From the NCBI GenBank assembly GCA_964016885.1, contig OZ024752.1, positions 7,440,001-7,504,000 of the forward strand: 64,000 nucleotides of DNA, given 5' to 3'. The translations under genes and the position numbers were made by a program. Positions 1-11,220 of the stretch are shown one piece after another (the first letter of the stretch is position 1; each line of letters starts with the position of its first letter). The notes under the pieces were generated by a model, which was not told the DNA's origin, did not search any database, and worked only from the letters and a program-made list of their open reading frames with translations. This DNA is from Eledone cirrhosa. Lineage: Eukaryota.

Positions 1-214
1 AAATCTTTCATTTTTATCAATTAAAAAAAATATCTAATGGCAAATGTTTCACTGTTATTTCCCTTCAGTTTCATTTTACAGTCCTCAATTATTTTATATA
101 CCTTATCCATTTATTAGTGTGCCAAAAGTCGAAACAATTATTACATGTACATATATTATCGTCTGCTAGGGAAATGACGAGGGATTTCGACACCGATAGG
201 ACTTTAAACTCAAT

Positions 215-845
215 ACTTGGCTGTCTTCACTAACACAACAGTCTCATTTTGTCTTTAGCTCAGTACTTAGCTGTCTTTTACTGGTTTAATACTTGGCTGT
301 CTTCATTAAGATAACAGTCTCATTTCATCTTTTAGCTCAGTACTTGGCTGTCTTTTACTGGTTCTCTACTTGGCTGTCTTCACTAAGACAACAGTCTCGT
401 TTCATCTTTAGCTCAGTGCTTAGCTGTCTTCACTAAGACAACAGTCTCATTTCATCTTTTAGCTCAGTACTTGGCTGTCTTTTACCAAGACAACAGTCTC
501 ATTTCATCGTTAGCTCAGTGCTTAGCTGTCTTCACTAAGACAACAGTCTCATTTCATCTTTTAGCTCAATACTTAGCTGTCTTTTACTAAGACAACAGTC
601 TCATTTCATCTTTTAGGTCAGTACTTAACTGTCTTTTACTAAGACAACAGTCTCATTTCATCTTTAGCTCAATACTTATCTGTCTTTTACTAAGACAACA
701 GTCTCATTTCATCGTTAGCTCAGTACTTGGCTGTCTTTTACTAAGACAACAGTCTCATTTCATCGTTAGCTCAGTACCTGGCTGTCTTCACTAAGACAAC
801 AGTCTCATTTCGTCTTTAGCTCAGTACTTAGCTGTCTTTTACTGG
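215..845. repeat. Minisatellite, ~58-59 bp unit (ctaagacaacagtctcatttcatctttagctcagtacttggctgtcttca), ~10 copies
   Basis: Direct tandem recurrence of gacaacagtctcatttcatc and ctcagtacttggctgtctt. Confidence 0.9.
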
Positions 846-949
846 CCCTGTTCTTGGGTGTCTCGCGTCATTTCAACTGGAAGACAGTCTCCATAATTTC
901 TAACACTGGAATATAATGTTATTACAATATGGAAACGTTTGCAGAACAG

Positions 950-1058
950 ATGTGTATACACATTTGTGTAGGGGCTTAATGTATATATATATACGTATGC
1001 GTGTTAATGTGTGTGTGTGTGTGCATGTTCATGTATGTGTATGTATATGTCTGTGTGC

Positions 1059-1111
<53 letters not shown>

Positions 1112-1240
1112 CATGTATGTGTGTATGTTTGTGTATGTGCATCTATGTGTGTGTGTTTGTATGTGCATGGTGTGTGCGTGTATATGTGTATGTCCATGTA
1201 TATGTGTATGTCCATGTATATGTGTATATGTCCATATATG
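950..1240. repeat. Degenerate (TG)n/(TA)n microsatellite
   Basis: Direct reading; source of spurious VCVC/HTHT ORFs. Confidence 0.95.
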
Positions 1241-1834
1241 ATTCTGTGGAATCAATTTATGCTAAAATCGGAAGATTGTTGAGATTTTAATTTTCACCCC
1301 AAGTAAAATACGTTAAAATATGTTATTGCTGTTGTTTCAATTTGACAAAACATTTATGTGAAAAATGCGACAATTGCTTGGGATGTCATGTCATTTTAAC
1401 CATTTTGGTACCAACCCGACCGTGGTTCTTCTATCAAATAATTCCACCCCAATTTTAATATCTATACAAGAACTATGTGTAACATTAATAATTTTAGCAA
1501 CTCTACCCCATTTTCACCCAAATTTATTCATAAATTAATTCAAATATAAGAGTATTTCATGAGAACTATCAATGGTAGTGTTCTTAAGGGCCATTTTATC
1601 GTTGCTATTTGTCATTCCTGGAAATGGAAAGTCTTGTTATTTATCTGGTGTATTTAATGGCGTGTCGTGACGTCAGAGTATTTGTATGCAGCAAAAAGGA
1701 GTAAAAAGGAGGCAAGGAGATATTAACATTTATTTATTTGGAAAACTACTAAAGCCATCTTCTCCAGCTCCTGCTATGACTCAACCAACTTCTGCTATTG
1801 GTTGGAATAGCTTAGCATTTACATCTCATTTCCA

Positions 1835-1844
1835 ACATACACAC

Positions 1845-1899
<55 letters not shown>

Positions 1900-2226
1900 C
1901 ATACATATAATATACATATATACACACATGCACATATATACACACATACATTTATACACACACACACACATATATATATATACATATATGCACATACATA
2001 CGCATATATATACACACATATACATACATACATATAATATACATATATACACACATGCACATATATACACACATACATTTATACACACACACACACATAT
2101 ATATATATACATATATGCACATACATACGCATATATATACACACATATATATATATACATACACACATATACATAAATATATACATATATGCACACATAT
2201 ACATATATACACACATACACGCGTAT

Positions 2227-2302
<76 letters not shown>

Positions 2303-3160
2303 AGATCAAAAGATGGTTAAAAGAGTTCCATGTATTTTATTATGCGCATTTCAAAATACATGGAACTCTTTTAACCCATCTTTTGATCTTATATTATTTA
2401 TACTCCAGTCCTACAAACTGTAGAGTGCTTCTTATCCGATATCTGCAATGCTTTATTGTACTACAATAAAACTCACCTCCTACATATATATATATTATAT
2501 ATATATACATACATACATATACATATATATATATATACATATATATATAGTGTATTTACACACTTCATAGATTGGCGATGGCGAGCTGCTTGTGTGTGTA
2601 CATAAGCGTGTCTGTGTGTGCGCGACATTATACATGAGTGAGTGCTAGTGTGTATATGTGTGTAACAGAGGATGTGTCACCGTGTTTATGTGAGTGAATG
2701 TGTGTAAGTGTGTATCAGCGTGTATATGTCTGTTTGTGCGAGTTAGTGAGTGTGTATCAGCGTGTCTGTGTGAGTGAGTGTGTGTGTATCAGCGTGTCTG
2801 TGTGAGTGAGTGTGTGTGTATCAGCGTATCTGTGTGTGTGTGAGTCAGTGAGTGTGTCTGTCTGAGTATATATATGTCACTGTGTCTGTCTGTGAGTGTG
2901 AGTGTGTGAGTCAGTGAGTGTCTCTCTCTCTGTATATGTCTGTGTGTGTATATGTGAGTATGTCAGTGTGTGTGTGTATATGTCAGTATGTCTGTGTGTG
3001 TGTGTGTGTGTCATATGTCTGTATGTGTATATGTCAGTATGACTGTGTGTGTGTATGTATGTCAGTATATGTCTGTGTGTGTATATGTCTGTATGTGTGT
3101 ATATGTCATTATGTCTGCTGTGTGTAAGTGAGAATGTGTGTGTATGTGTATGTAACAACA
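1835..3160. repeat. (CA)n/(TA)n/(TG)n compound microsatellite region with embedded short inserts
   Basis: Direct reading. Confidence 0.9.
2296..2481. mobile_element. Fold-back (inverted-repeat) Penelope-like fragment between (TA)n tracts, with the 3' half of a hammerhead
   Basis: Arms taatataagatcaaaagatggttaaaagagttccatgtatttt and aaaatacatggaactcttttaacccatcttttgatcttatatta; the spacer on the minus strand reads GAAA-tgcgca-TA. Confidence 0.55.
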
Positions 3161-3409
3161 CATGACTCATCGGAAGAGTTTGTGTCAGCTTGTTTGTAAT
3201 GACTGCAGATATATTGAAGGAAATGGAGAAATATATTATCTCTCTACCTACCTCTCTCTTTCTCTCTCTATTTATCTATCTTTGCCTACCTCTCTCTTTC
3301 TATCTATCTCTCTCTGCCTACCTCTCTCTTTCTATCTTTCTCTCTTTATTTCGCTCTATATCTACCTACCTCTCTCTTTCTTTCCTTATCTATCTATCTC
3401 TCTCTCTCT

Positions 3410-3800
3410 CCGGCCAACAACTAATTCTTTTTTTCAAATACCACTTTGGAAGAAGAATCGGGATGGAGAGAGAGGTGCTGTACCCCAGCAAGTTTTATGA
3501 AAGGTGGGTGAAAGTGGTGAGAATGGCCCGAGTGAATGGGCCTTCTCTCTATATCAGCCTGTAGGTTGAGGAAAAAGAGGAGAGGAAAGGGGTACAAACT
3601 CTTCATACTCCTGGAGATGAGGGTTGCACATTTTTTCGGGGGTATTTGTTACCCATATGAAATTGCTCCCCCTATTGGGGAAAATCGATTAATTTTTAAA
3701 TTGCATTTGTGATAGTATTTTACACATTTTTATTGTATGTAAACTTCCCCCTTTGTGTTTGTCCCCTTCTTTTGTGCCCCTGTGGCTAATAAAGAAACAT
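3410..3800 (+). mobile_element. Possible 5'-truncated L1/Tx1-like LINE 3' end inside (TC)n/(TATC)n microsatellite
   Basis: Peptide ...LILFFKYHFGRRIGMERE...KFYERWVKVVRMARVNG resembles Tx1 ORF2 C-termini; ends ggctaataaagaaa then (atct)n; pyrimidine microsatellite on both sides. Confidence 0.4.
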
Positions 3801-4387
3801 ATCTATCTATCTATCTCTCTCTCTCTGATGATGATTAGTGTAGAATATCTAATAGTGTAAGTTCAAATACACACACGCACACACATACAAATACACGCAC
3901 ACGCACACACGCACACGCACACACATACAAATACACACACACATACATACACAGAACGAAGACATATATTTCGGGACATATATTTTGAAATACCCATTCC
4001 AACTCGATATATATATTTTTTTTTCTCCTGAAGAAGGGCTTATGCCCCCCCCCCCCCCCACTCTCAAGAGCGTGAACCTAATAAACCTTTATTTGTCTGC
4101 CTCTCTGTTTTTGTTCCCGTCCAACTTTTCACTATATATATATATATATATATTTAGAAACACACAGATACATGCGGACACACACATATATACATGAATG
4201 CATCCGCACCCAACTGTGAGTTAAGGGTGCCAACTTCACCGATGTTGCTCAATGAATGACCGGGACAGACCAATTCAGTTTGAACCAGACTGAACCAGTA
4301 TCAGAGTTAAAAATACATTATGAAGAGAGAAGAAACATTTAGATATAATTAGTAATAAAATGTATCATACCTAAACTGTTCCTAAAT

Positions 4388-4475
4388 TCCTCGACTACGT
4401 AGTTTCGTGGCATAAACAAAAACAATATATCAAAGATATAGAGTCCTTGCGAGGTCTGCCGACTTATCAAGAGGA
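4388..4475 (-). ncRNA. Type I hammerhead ribozyme motif (U3-A8 variant), copy 1
   Basis: Minus strand: stem I tcctc/gagga, core TTGATAA, stem II gtcggca...tgccac, GAAA, palindromic stem III actacgtagt, GTC cleavage triplet. Confidence 0.75.
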
Positions 4476-4978
4476 TACCTCATTTTACTAGTCTCAAGAA
4501 CGCGTCTACACGACGTGAGAAAGAATCCCAAAAGGCGGAGGGGGAGATAGTCACGCGATATAACGGTCGAGAAACAGAGCTAAGCCTCTTATAACCACGA
4601 AGAAAATACCACGGAGGCGGAGGGGGTATTCATATCGAGGCCGTAGAAGAGGTAGTGAAGAAGGCGAGAAGTATGAGTAATGGAAGCTTTCCAGTTGTCC
4701 CCACACTTCAAAGATTGCTCGACCAGAGGGAGTTATTAATATATTTAGAAACACACAGATACATGCGGACACACACATATATACATGAATGCATCCGCAC
4801 CCAACTGTGAGTTAAGGGTGCCAACTTCACCGATGTTGCTCAATGAATGACCGGGACAGACCAATTCAGTTTGAACCAGACTGAACCAGTATCAGAGTTA
4901 AAAATACATTATGAAGAGAGAAGAAACATTTAGATATAATTAGTAATAAAATGTATCATACCTAAACTGTTCCTAAAT

Positions 4979-5066
4979 TCCTCGACTACGTAGTTTCGTG
5001 GCATAAACAAAAACAATATATCAAAGATATAGAGTCCTTGCGAGGTCTGCCGACTTATCAAGAGGA
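4979..5066 (-). ncRNA. Type I hammerhead ribozyme motif (U3-A8 variant), copy 2
   Basis: Same sequence as 4388-4475, shifted by 591 bp. Confidence 0.75.
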
Positions 5067-5326
5067 TACCTCATTTTACTAGTCTCAAGAACGCGTCTAC
5101 ACGACGTGAGAAAGAATCCCAAAAGGCGGAGGGGGAGATAGTCACGCGATATAACGGTCGAGAAACAGAGCTAAGCCTCTTATAACCACGAAGAAAATAC
5201 CACGGAGGCGGAGGGGGTATTCATATCGAGGCCGTAGAAGAGGTAGTGAAGAAGGCGAGAAGTATGAGTAATGGAAGCTTTCCAGTTGTCCCCACACTTC
5301 AAAGATTGCTCGACCAGAGGGAGTTA

Positions 5327-5399
<73 letters not shown>

Positions 5400-5451
5400 T
5401 ATTAAAAAAATAATGAATAAACAAAGAAACAATTCCTTATATTAAAAAAAT

Positions 5452-5593
5452 TCATCATTTTACGATCGTTTCTAGGATATATATGTGTTAGAGTTGGTAT
5501 GTATATTCTATAGATCTATGTACAATATTTATACAAACTATCAGAGGGAATATACATACCTACACATATATATGCTGTCTTCAGAAATAATGA
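5452..5593 (-). ncRNA. Hammerhead motif with long stem II
   Basis: Minus strand: stem I tcattattt/aaatgatga (9 bp, 1 GU), CTGAAGA, ~105-nt stem II (atatatatgtgt/acacatatatat; ggtatgtatattc/gaatatacatacc), GAAACGATCGTA. Confidence 0.75.
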
Positions 5594-5724
5594 TATTTGT
5601 TTATTGATAAGAACAAAGATTCAATACAATAGGTCTGTTTGGGAACAGGTTTTGAATTGACCAATCAGGAGATATTGAGGGTCAAGATAGTATTATAGTA
5701 GTAAGAGAACCTTAAATTATGGGT

Positions 5725-5778
<54 letters not shown>

Positions 5779-5849
5779 CCTGGTGGTCATCGATCTGCCC
5801 AGTTCGTTTGTCTATCAGCATATCAGGAAAAAAATGTATATTTTCTATA

Positions 5850-5924
5850 TATTTTGTCTGAGAACATGTTTTGTTTTATGTTATACATAAAACTTTACAT
5901 CTTTGAAATATATATAATGAAATA
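5850..5924 (+). ncRNA. Degenerate hammerhead motif (tattttgt family)
   Basis: tattttgt-CTGAGA (1-nt deletion in the core)...GAAATATATATA-atgaaata; same flanks as 9319-9384. Confidence 0.55.
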
Positions 5925-6024
5925 AATAGAGATGTATGTTATAAATTATATATCTTTCGTTTATAACTATTATTATTATGATATTAGGATAATTGCTGGC
6001 CTTGTGCCAAAAGTAGAAACAATT

Positions 6025-6060
<36 letters not shown>

Positions 6061-6062
<2 letters not shown>

Positions 6063-6612
6063 CAGGGCAATAAAAATAGACGGTAGCCACGGAGTAGGCA
6101 GACCCAGAAAAACCTGGGACGACTTGATAAATTCCGACCTCACACACTTACACCTCTCCAAGACAATGTCACTGGACCGAGATCTTTGGCGCTACACAGT
6201 AATACAGAAGACCCGCATTGCCTAAGTACAGAGTGAAACCTACAGTCAGTAGGCACCTCTAACAAAAATACACCCCCGGCCCCACTACCCCAACCCCATC
6301 CACACCACCCCTTTCAATGTAAAGTTATGTTGGTGTCACAACATCCAGTCCGAAATAAATGAGGTCGTGTAGGTGTCACGACAAAAAAACACAGTCCACG
6401 CTGTAATGTGGCCGTGTAGGTAACACTGTAAAAACCTCACAGTCCTCACTGTAAACGTGGTTGGTGTTAGGAAGGGCATCCAGCCGTAGAAGACCCGCCA
6501 GACAGTCCTATACGAGCAAGACAACCGATCTTGCCTCAAGTTGGAAAATTCCCGTCCAAACCCATGCAAGTGTGGAAGATGGACGTTAAACGATGATGAT
6601 GATGATGATGAT
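6061..6612 (+). mobile_element. RTE-clade LINE 3' fragment (ORF C-terminus + 3' UTR + (TGA)n tail)
   Basis: Peptide GSHGVGRPRKTWDD...DRDLWR; UTR motif ggtgttaggaagggcatccagccgtaga; ends ggacgttaaac(gat)n. Confidence 0.85.
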
Positions 6613-6711
6613 ATATATAAAATTAAAAAACGGAGTTAAAGACTCACAATAATCCCCTATAATTTACTGAGATCAAGGAATGGATCTTGGGTTCTTTATA
6701 AATCAGTATCT

Positions 6712-6857
6712 AGAGTGGTGAACATATTAACTATGGAAGGAATGGTGAATACAAGTCAATTAAAAGAATAAATTAAAGTGTACTAACCATCCAATAATAA
6801 TTTATTCTTTTAATTTATATTCACCATTCCTTCCATAGTTAATATGTTCACCACTCT
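6712..6857. repeat. Inverted repeat (hairpin), ~60-bp interrupted arms
   Basis: agagtggtgaacatattaactatggaaggaatggtgaata vs tattcaccattccttccatagttaatatgttcaccactct. Confidence 0.8.
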
Positions 6858-6915
6858 GGTGGTTTTTGTTCCCCTGTCATTGAACATATATCTCTCTGTG
6901 TGTACTTCTCTCTAG

Positions 6916-7115
6916 ATAATAATAATTGCTTCTACTTTTGGCACAAGGCCAGCAATTATCCCAGTGTATTACTGGTACTTTATTTTATCGACCCCCATAA
7001 GGATGAAAGGCAAAGTTAACCTCGGCGGGATTTGAACTCAGACCGTAAAGGGCCGTAACTCTTTGCTGCAAAGCATGGCGTCCGACCCTCTACCGATACT
7101 GCCAATCCACCGCCC
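6916..7115 (-). mobile_element. tRNA-derived SINE family A (Meta-domain-like core)
   Basis: Minus strand: tRNA-like head (tggcagtatcggtaga; gagttcaaatcc B box), core gcctttcatccttatgggggtcgataaa, tail ccttgtgccaaaagtagaa(att)n. Confidence 0.85.
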
Positions 7116-7118
7116 TAT

Positions 7119-7232
7119 ATAATAATAATGAAATTATTGTGTACAGTGCTCAGGTGCACTACAACTCGTCAAAGGGGCATGTATAGTACATAGAATAATA
7201 TACAAATGTCAGGGAAGTGTATAGTGTATGAG
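7119..7232 (-). mobile_element. 5'-truncated copy of the CR1/L2-type LINE 3' end
   Basis: Reverse complement matches 45050-45147 (gacgagttgtagtgcacctgagcact..cacaataatttcatt). Confidence 0.85.
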
Positions 7233-7334
7233 TCATGATACTGATTTATATATGTGTCTGTCTGTCTGTCTGTCTGTCTGTGTGTGTAAAGGAATAGATA
7301 TTAACAAAGATTTTAATTATATCATTTAATTGAT

Positions 7335-7395
7335 TTACGACCGTTTCATTAAAATAACTGGAATATTCCATTCCTGTTGTAATGAGCTCATCAGG
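7335..7395 (-). ncRNA. Degenerate hammerhead motif
   Basis: Minus strand CTGATGA...catta/taatg stem...GAAACGGTCGTA; stem I weak. Confidence 0.45.
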
Positions 7396-7410
7396 ATAGA
7401 ATAAACGTTG

Positions 7411-7457
<47 letters not shown>

Positions 7458-7461
<4 letters not shown>

Positions 7462-7801
7462 TCATTTCATCATCATTTCATTTTACGTCCACTTTTCCCT
7501 GCTTGCAAGGGTGGGACGGGAACTGATTCTGGCTTGATTTCTACAGCTGGATGCCCTTCCTAACACCAACCTCATTTACAGTGAGTGCTGGGTGCTTTTT
7601 TGCCGTGGCACCTACACGACCACTTTGCAGTGGAATGATAGAGACCCCAGTCCCTATCATCTCATTTCTACAGCTGAGTAAACTGGAGCAATGTGAAATA
7701 AAGTGTCTTGCTCAAGGAAACAACACACCACCTGGTCTGAGAATTGAACTCACAACCTTTCGATTGCAAGGCCAATGCTCTAACCACTAAGCCATGTGCC
7801 T

Positions 7802-7805
<4 letters not shown>
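7458..7805 (-). mobile_element. tRNA-derived SINE family B (CORE-like centre, RTE-derived tail)
   Basis: Head ggaggcacatggcttagtggttaga...gagttcaattctc; centre ccttgagcaagacacttt...cagtttactcagctgtagaaatg; tail shared with the RTE 3' UTR. Confidence 0.85.
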
Positions 7806-7852
<47 letters not shown>

Positions 7853-7855
<3 letters not shown>

Positions 7856-8745
7856 GGTGTGGATGATATTTGTTCGCAATTTTCAACTGCTAATTTTATG
7901 CAAATTTTTTTTACTTCCGTTGTCACTCTTGTCTTCATAAAAACAGTGACTATATTTCCATTATTTATTTTCAGAATAATTGATTATGAATAATTTTGAA
8001 CCTCCAAATTTGTGGAAGAGACACGGAGTTCGTCTTGGAATCCGCACCGGGAGGACAAATAAGACCAGAAGATCAACTCCCAGAATAACAGGTGGCTCGC
8101 TGTCTCATCCAAAGACGTGCCCAGAGTCATGAAGACAAAGTTTCCAATGACAACATTGGTCTTAGGTGTTGTCAGCAGTCAAGGTGACGTCATGCCACCT
8201 CACTTCTTCCCTGAGGGCCTCAAGTTGAACACCGATGGCTACATCCGCGTTCTGAGCGAGGTAGTAAAGCCCTGGATCGACCAGGTAGCTGCAGGTAGGC
8301 CGTATGTGTGACAGCAAGACTCAGCGCCTGCCATACCAGCCGAAAGACCCAAGCCTGGCTGTCAGAGAACTTCTTCGACTACACTTCACCTGACATCTGG
8401 CCTCCCAGCTCGCCTGACTGCAACCCCCTCGACTTCTTTGTGTGGGGTGCAGTGGAACGAGACACCAACAGATCTAGCTGCAATACGAAAGACGATCTGA
8501 AGGCCAGGATCACAAGTGCCTTTAGGGGCCTAAGTCGGGGGACAGTGCCGAAGGCCTGTAGCCGGTTCCGGGGCCGCCTTGAGGCTATCATCAAAGCCAA
8601 TGGCGGGTTTATCGAGTGAGATCGAAAGAATAAGTCATGAAGACAAACTGACCCAAGTTTGATAAATATCTTAAAAAATAAAACTACTGTGTTATTTTTT
8701 CTTTTCCTAGACAGTAATCTTGCGAACAAATATCGTCCGCACCCC

Positions 8746-8746
<1 letters not shown>
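7853..8746 (+). mobile_element. Internally deleted Tc1/mariner DNA transposon, DD37D (maT)-type transposase pseudogene
   Basis: TIRs cagggtgtggatgatatttgttcgcaa / ttgcgaacaaatatcgtccgcaccccg; TA flanks; motifs QQDSAP..H and WPPSSPDCNPLD with 37 residues between the Ds; one stop and one frameshift. Confidence 0.9.
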
Positions 8747-8806
<60 letters not shown>

Positions 8807-8880
8807 AAGAGGGTGTAGTAAGATACCAGGTGGACCATAACGCACCAGAGTTCTCAATAGTTAGGGTAGTAGAGTGGGTA

Positions 8881-8996
8881 ATAGGAAAATAGTGAGGACC
8901 CTGATAGCTGAGCTCCGGCCATTTCGACAGCTAGATCTGGATCTAGCTGTCGAAATGGCCGCAACTCAGCCGTCAGGGTCCTCACTATTTTCCTAT
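8881..8996. repeat. Fold-back palindrome carrying hammerhead 3' halves on both strands
   Basis: ~57-bp arms, apex ctagatc-tg-gatctag; GAAATGGCCG follows the apex stem on each strand. Confidence 0.75.
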
Positions 8997-9042
8997 ATAT
9001 ATATATATATATATATTTAATGTATAATAAACAATGCAATAT

Positions 9043-9120
9043 AATTACCTCATTACCAGAGGTTTCACAAATAAGACGAATACAAGAAACGTCCGCATTC
9101 GTTCATCAGACAAGGCAATT
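9043..9120 (-). ncRNA. Type I hammerhead motif inside a fold-back insert (arms 9016-9059 / 9122-9166)
   Basis: Minus strand: stem I aattgccttgt/atgaggtaatt (11 bp with GU), CTGATGA, stem II acgaatgc/gtattcgt, GAAAC-ctctg-GTA. Confidence 0.75.
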
Positions 9121-9318
9121 CCTGGTAATGAGGTAATTATACTGTATTGTTTATTATACATTAAATATTTAGCTCTGTAACTTACATAGGGCACTCTTCA
9201 TTCCTCTGACTTTTTCAATTTTCACAATTTTCAACGGAAACTTCAATACCTATATATATATATATATATATATATACAATATTAAATAAATGGAAAACTA
9301 TATTTATAAAACCATATT

Positions 9319-9384
9319 TATTTCATTATATATATTTCGGGGATATCATATTAACAATATGCTATGCCTTCATCAGACAAAATA
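9319..9384 (-). ncRNA. Type I hammerhead motif (tattttgt family)
   Basis: Minus strand: tattttgt-CTGATGA-aggcatagcatatt..aatatgatatcccc-GAAATATATATA-atgaaata. Confidence 0.75.
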
Positions 9385-9470
9385 CAATATAAACAGTTTT
9401 ATAGATAAATATATTCGACATACCGTAATAAACATCAACTTCATTTGAAGAGGTTTACGCTAGCAGTGAA

Positions 9471-9782
<312 letters not shown>

Positions 9783-9972
9783 TCCTCAGTGACTAGGTTT
9801 TATTTTGTTTTTGTATCTCTCCTTTGTTCTGTCCTAAACCAAAAAAATGTTTTTAGAGAAAAGTAACACATCCATTCATGTTACTATTTCCTATATATCT
9901 ATCTATAAATATATATATATAGAAATAAAATAACAAGGACGATTGGTTACTCCTTCATTACATTTATTGGTT

Positions 9973-10053
9973 GGTGACGTGTGTTTCGCCACTGATCAGC
10001 TCAAGGTTCTGTATCGATCTGACCTGACTCTGTAATCCACGGCTCGTCAGACC
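9973..10053 (-). ncRNA. Type I hammerhead motif
   Basis: Minus strand: ggt-CTGACGA-gccg...tggc-GAAAC-acac-GTC-acc. Confidence 0.7.
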
Positions 10054-10140
10054 CCTTGTAATGGTAATGGAAAAATTAATTTGAGTGCTCACCCAGGTGA
10101 ACCTACAGTAAGTCCAAGTTACACTCCCTGGATATATATA

Positions 10141-10356
10141 TAGTAATAATAATAAATGTGAAGACTAAAATCCAAAGAGGGCTCGATAAGGATAAATATA
10201 TATAAAATATATAAGAACCGTAGAGCAAATATTTATTAAAATAACAGATTAAAGTTTAAGCAAAGAATCGCTGCTTTCACCTTTAACGGGACAGAAGATC
10301 CTGTTAAGGGTGAAAGCAGCGATTCTTTGCTTAAACTTTAATCTGTTATTTTAATA
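10141..10356. mobile_element. Fold-back Penelope-like fragment (palindrome 10235-10356); related copies at ~12338-12450 and ~57620-57760
   Basis: Arms tattaaaataacagattaaagtttaagcaaagaatcgctgctttcacc and its reverse complement; shared motif gactaaaatccaaagagggctc.ataagga. Confidence 0.65.
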
Positions 10357-10571
10357 TATATATATAGAGTGTGGAACGTCTATTTCAAAACAGCTCCCTC
10401 CCTATCCTTCTTGGTAATGTTTTATCTATTCTGTCTGGTGGGGCCCTGAGGCGACATTTGCCTGGGTGGGGTCCTGCATGTTGGAGAATATTTTCACAGA
10501 TTCTCCAGGCATATATCATTTTGTTAGGGATGGCGGTGAAGAATAAAACCCAAGTTAAAGTAGTTAATTAA

Positions 10572-10699
10572 TCCATTGTTATATAATCGTTTCAGAGAGC
10601 AAAATTATTGATGTGCAGACTAATGGATGGCAGTCATACAACTCCGCACCATCAGCCTTGAAAAGCACATCTTTGCTGTCTATCTTCAGAAACAATGGA
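10572..10699 (-). ncRNA. Hammerhead motif with long stem II
   Basis: Minus strand: stem I tccattgtt/aacaatgga, CTGAAGA, agacagcaaa...tttgctctct, GAAACGATTATA. Confidence 0.65.
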
Positions 10700-10893
10700 T
10701 CAGATTTTTATTAAACAAATGAGGAAGCTTGTCATATGGAATTAAAAATAAAACTTTAGGTAGATAAAAGAATAAATAAATAAGATAATTTTTAAAAATA
10801 CATTATATATATATATATATACAGTATATATATATATATATATATTGGATGCTTAAAGTGTCCGTATGCGGTAGGCCGTATGAGCAGAGTATG

Positions 10894-11179
10894 ATATCAC
10901 AGAAAAAAGAGAATCAGTGTTGCGACAAATGGGATTTATTGGACATATTACAATCATTTCTCTGGCGACCAGCTCGAGGCACGATCGATGTGATGATCGA
11001 ACCTGACTAAGGATAAATCTGCTTAATAGAATCAAGATGTATCTGAGGACCTTGCGATTTTCAGAGTCAGGTTCGATCATCACATCGATCGTGCCTCGAG
11101 CTGGTCGCCAGAGAAACGATTGTAATATGTCCAATAAATTCCATTTGTTGCAACACTGATTCTCTTTTTTCTGTGATAT
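10894..11179. repeat. Large fold-back palindrome (~115-bp arms, ~55-bp spacer) with a hammerhead 3' half (GAAACGATTGTA)
   Basis: Arms 10894-11009 and 11065-11179 are near-perfect reverse complements; bounded by (TA)n. Confidence 0.8.
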
Positions 11180-11220
11180 ATATATATGTATATATATATA
11201 TACATATACATATATATATA

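Larger units (their letters stand above)
4151..5331 (-). mobile_element. Head-to-tail dimer of a 591-bp hammerhead-containing unit (Penelope pLTR / retrozyme-like) flanked by (TA)n
   Basis: 4151-4740 and 4742-5331 look identical by eye (period 591); each unit carries a minus-strand hammerhead. Confidence 0.75.

Noticed and set aside
916-3170. [12 protein letters not shown] ORFs here and throughout the window
   Set aside because: Dinucleotide microsatellite translations.
4025-4060. CTGAAGA-agggc(ttat)gccc as a complete hammerhead
   Set aside because: GAAA and stem III are replaced by a poly-C run; counted only as a half motif, like those at 57186, 58206 and 63230.
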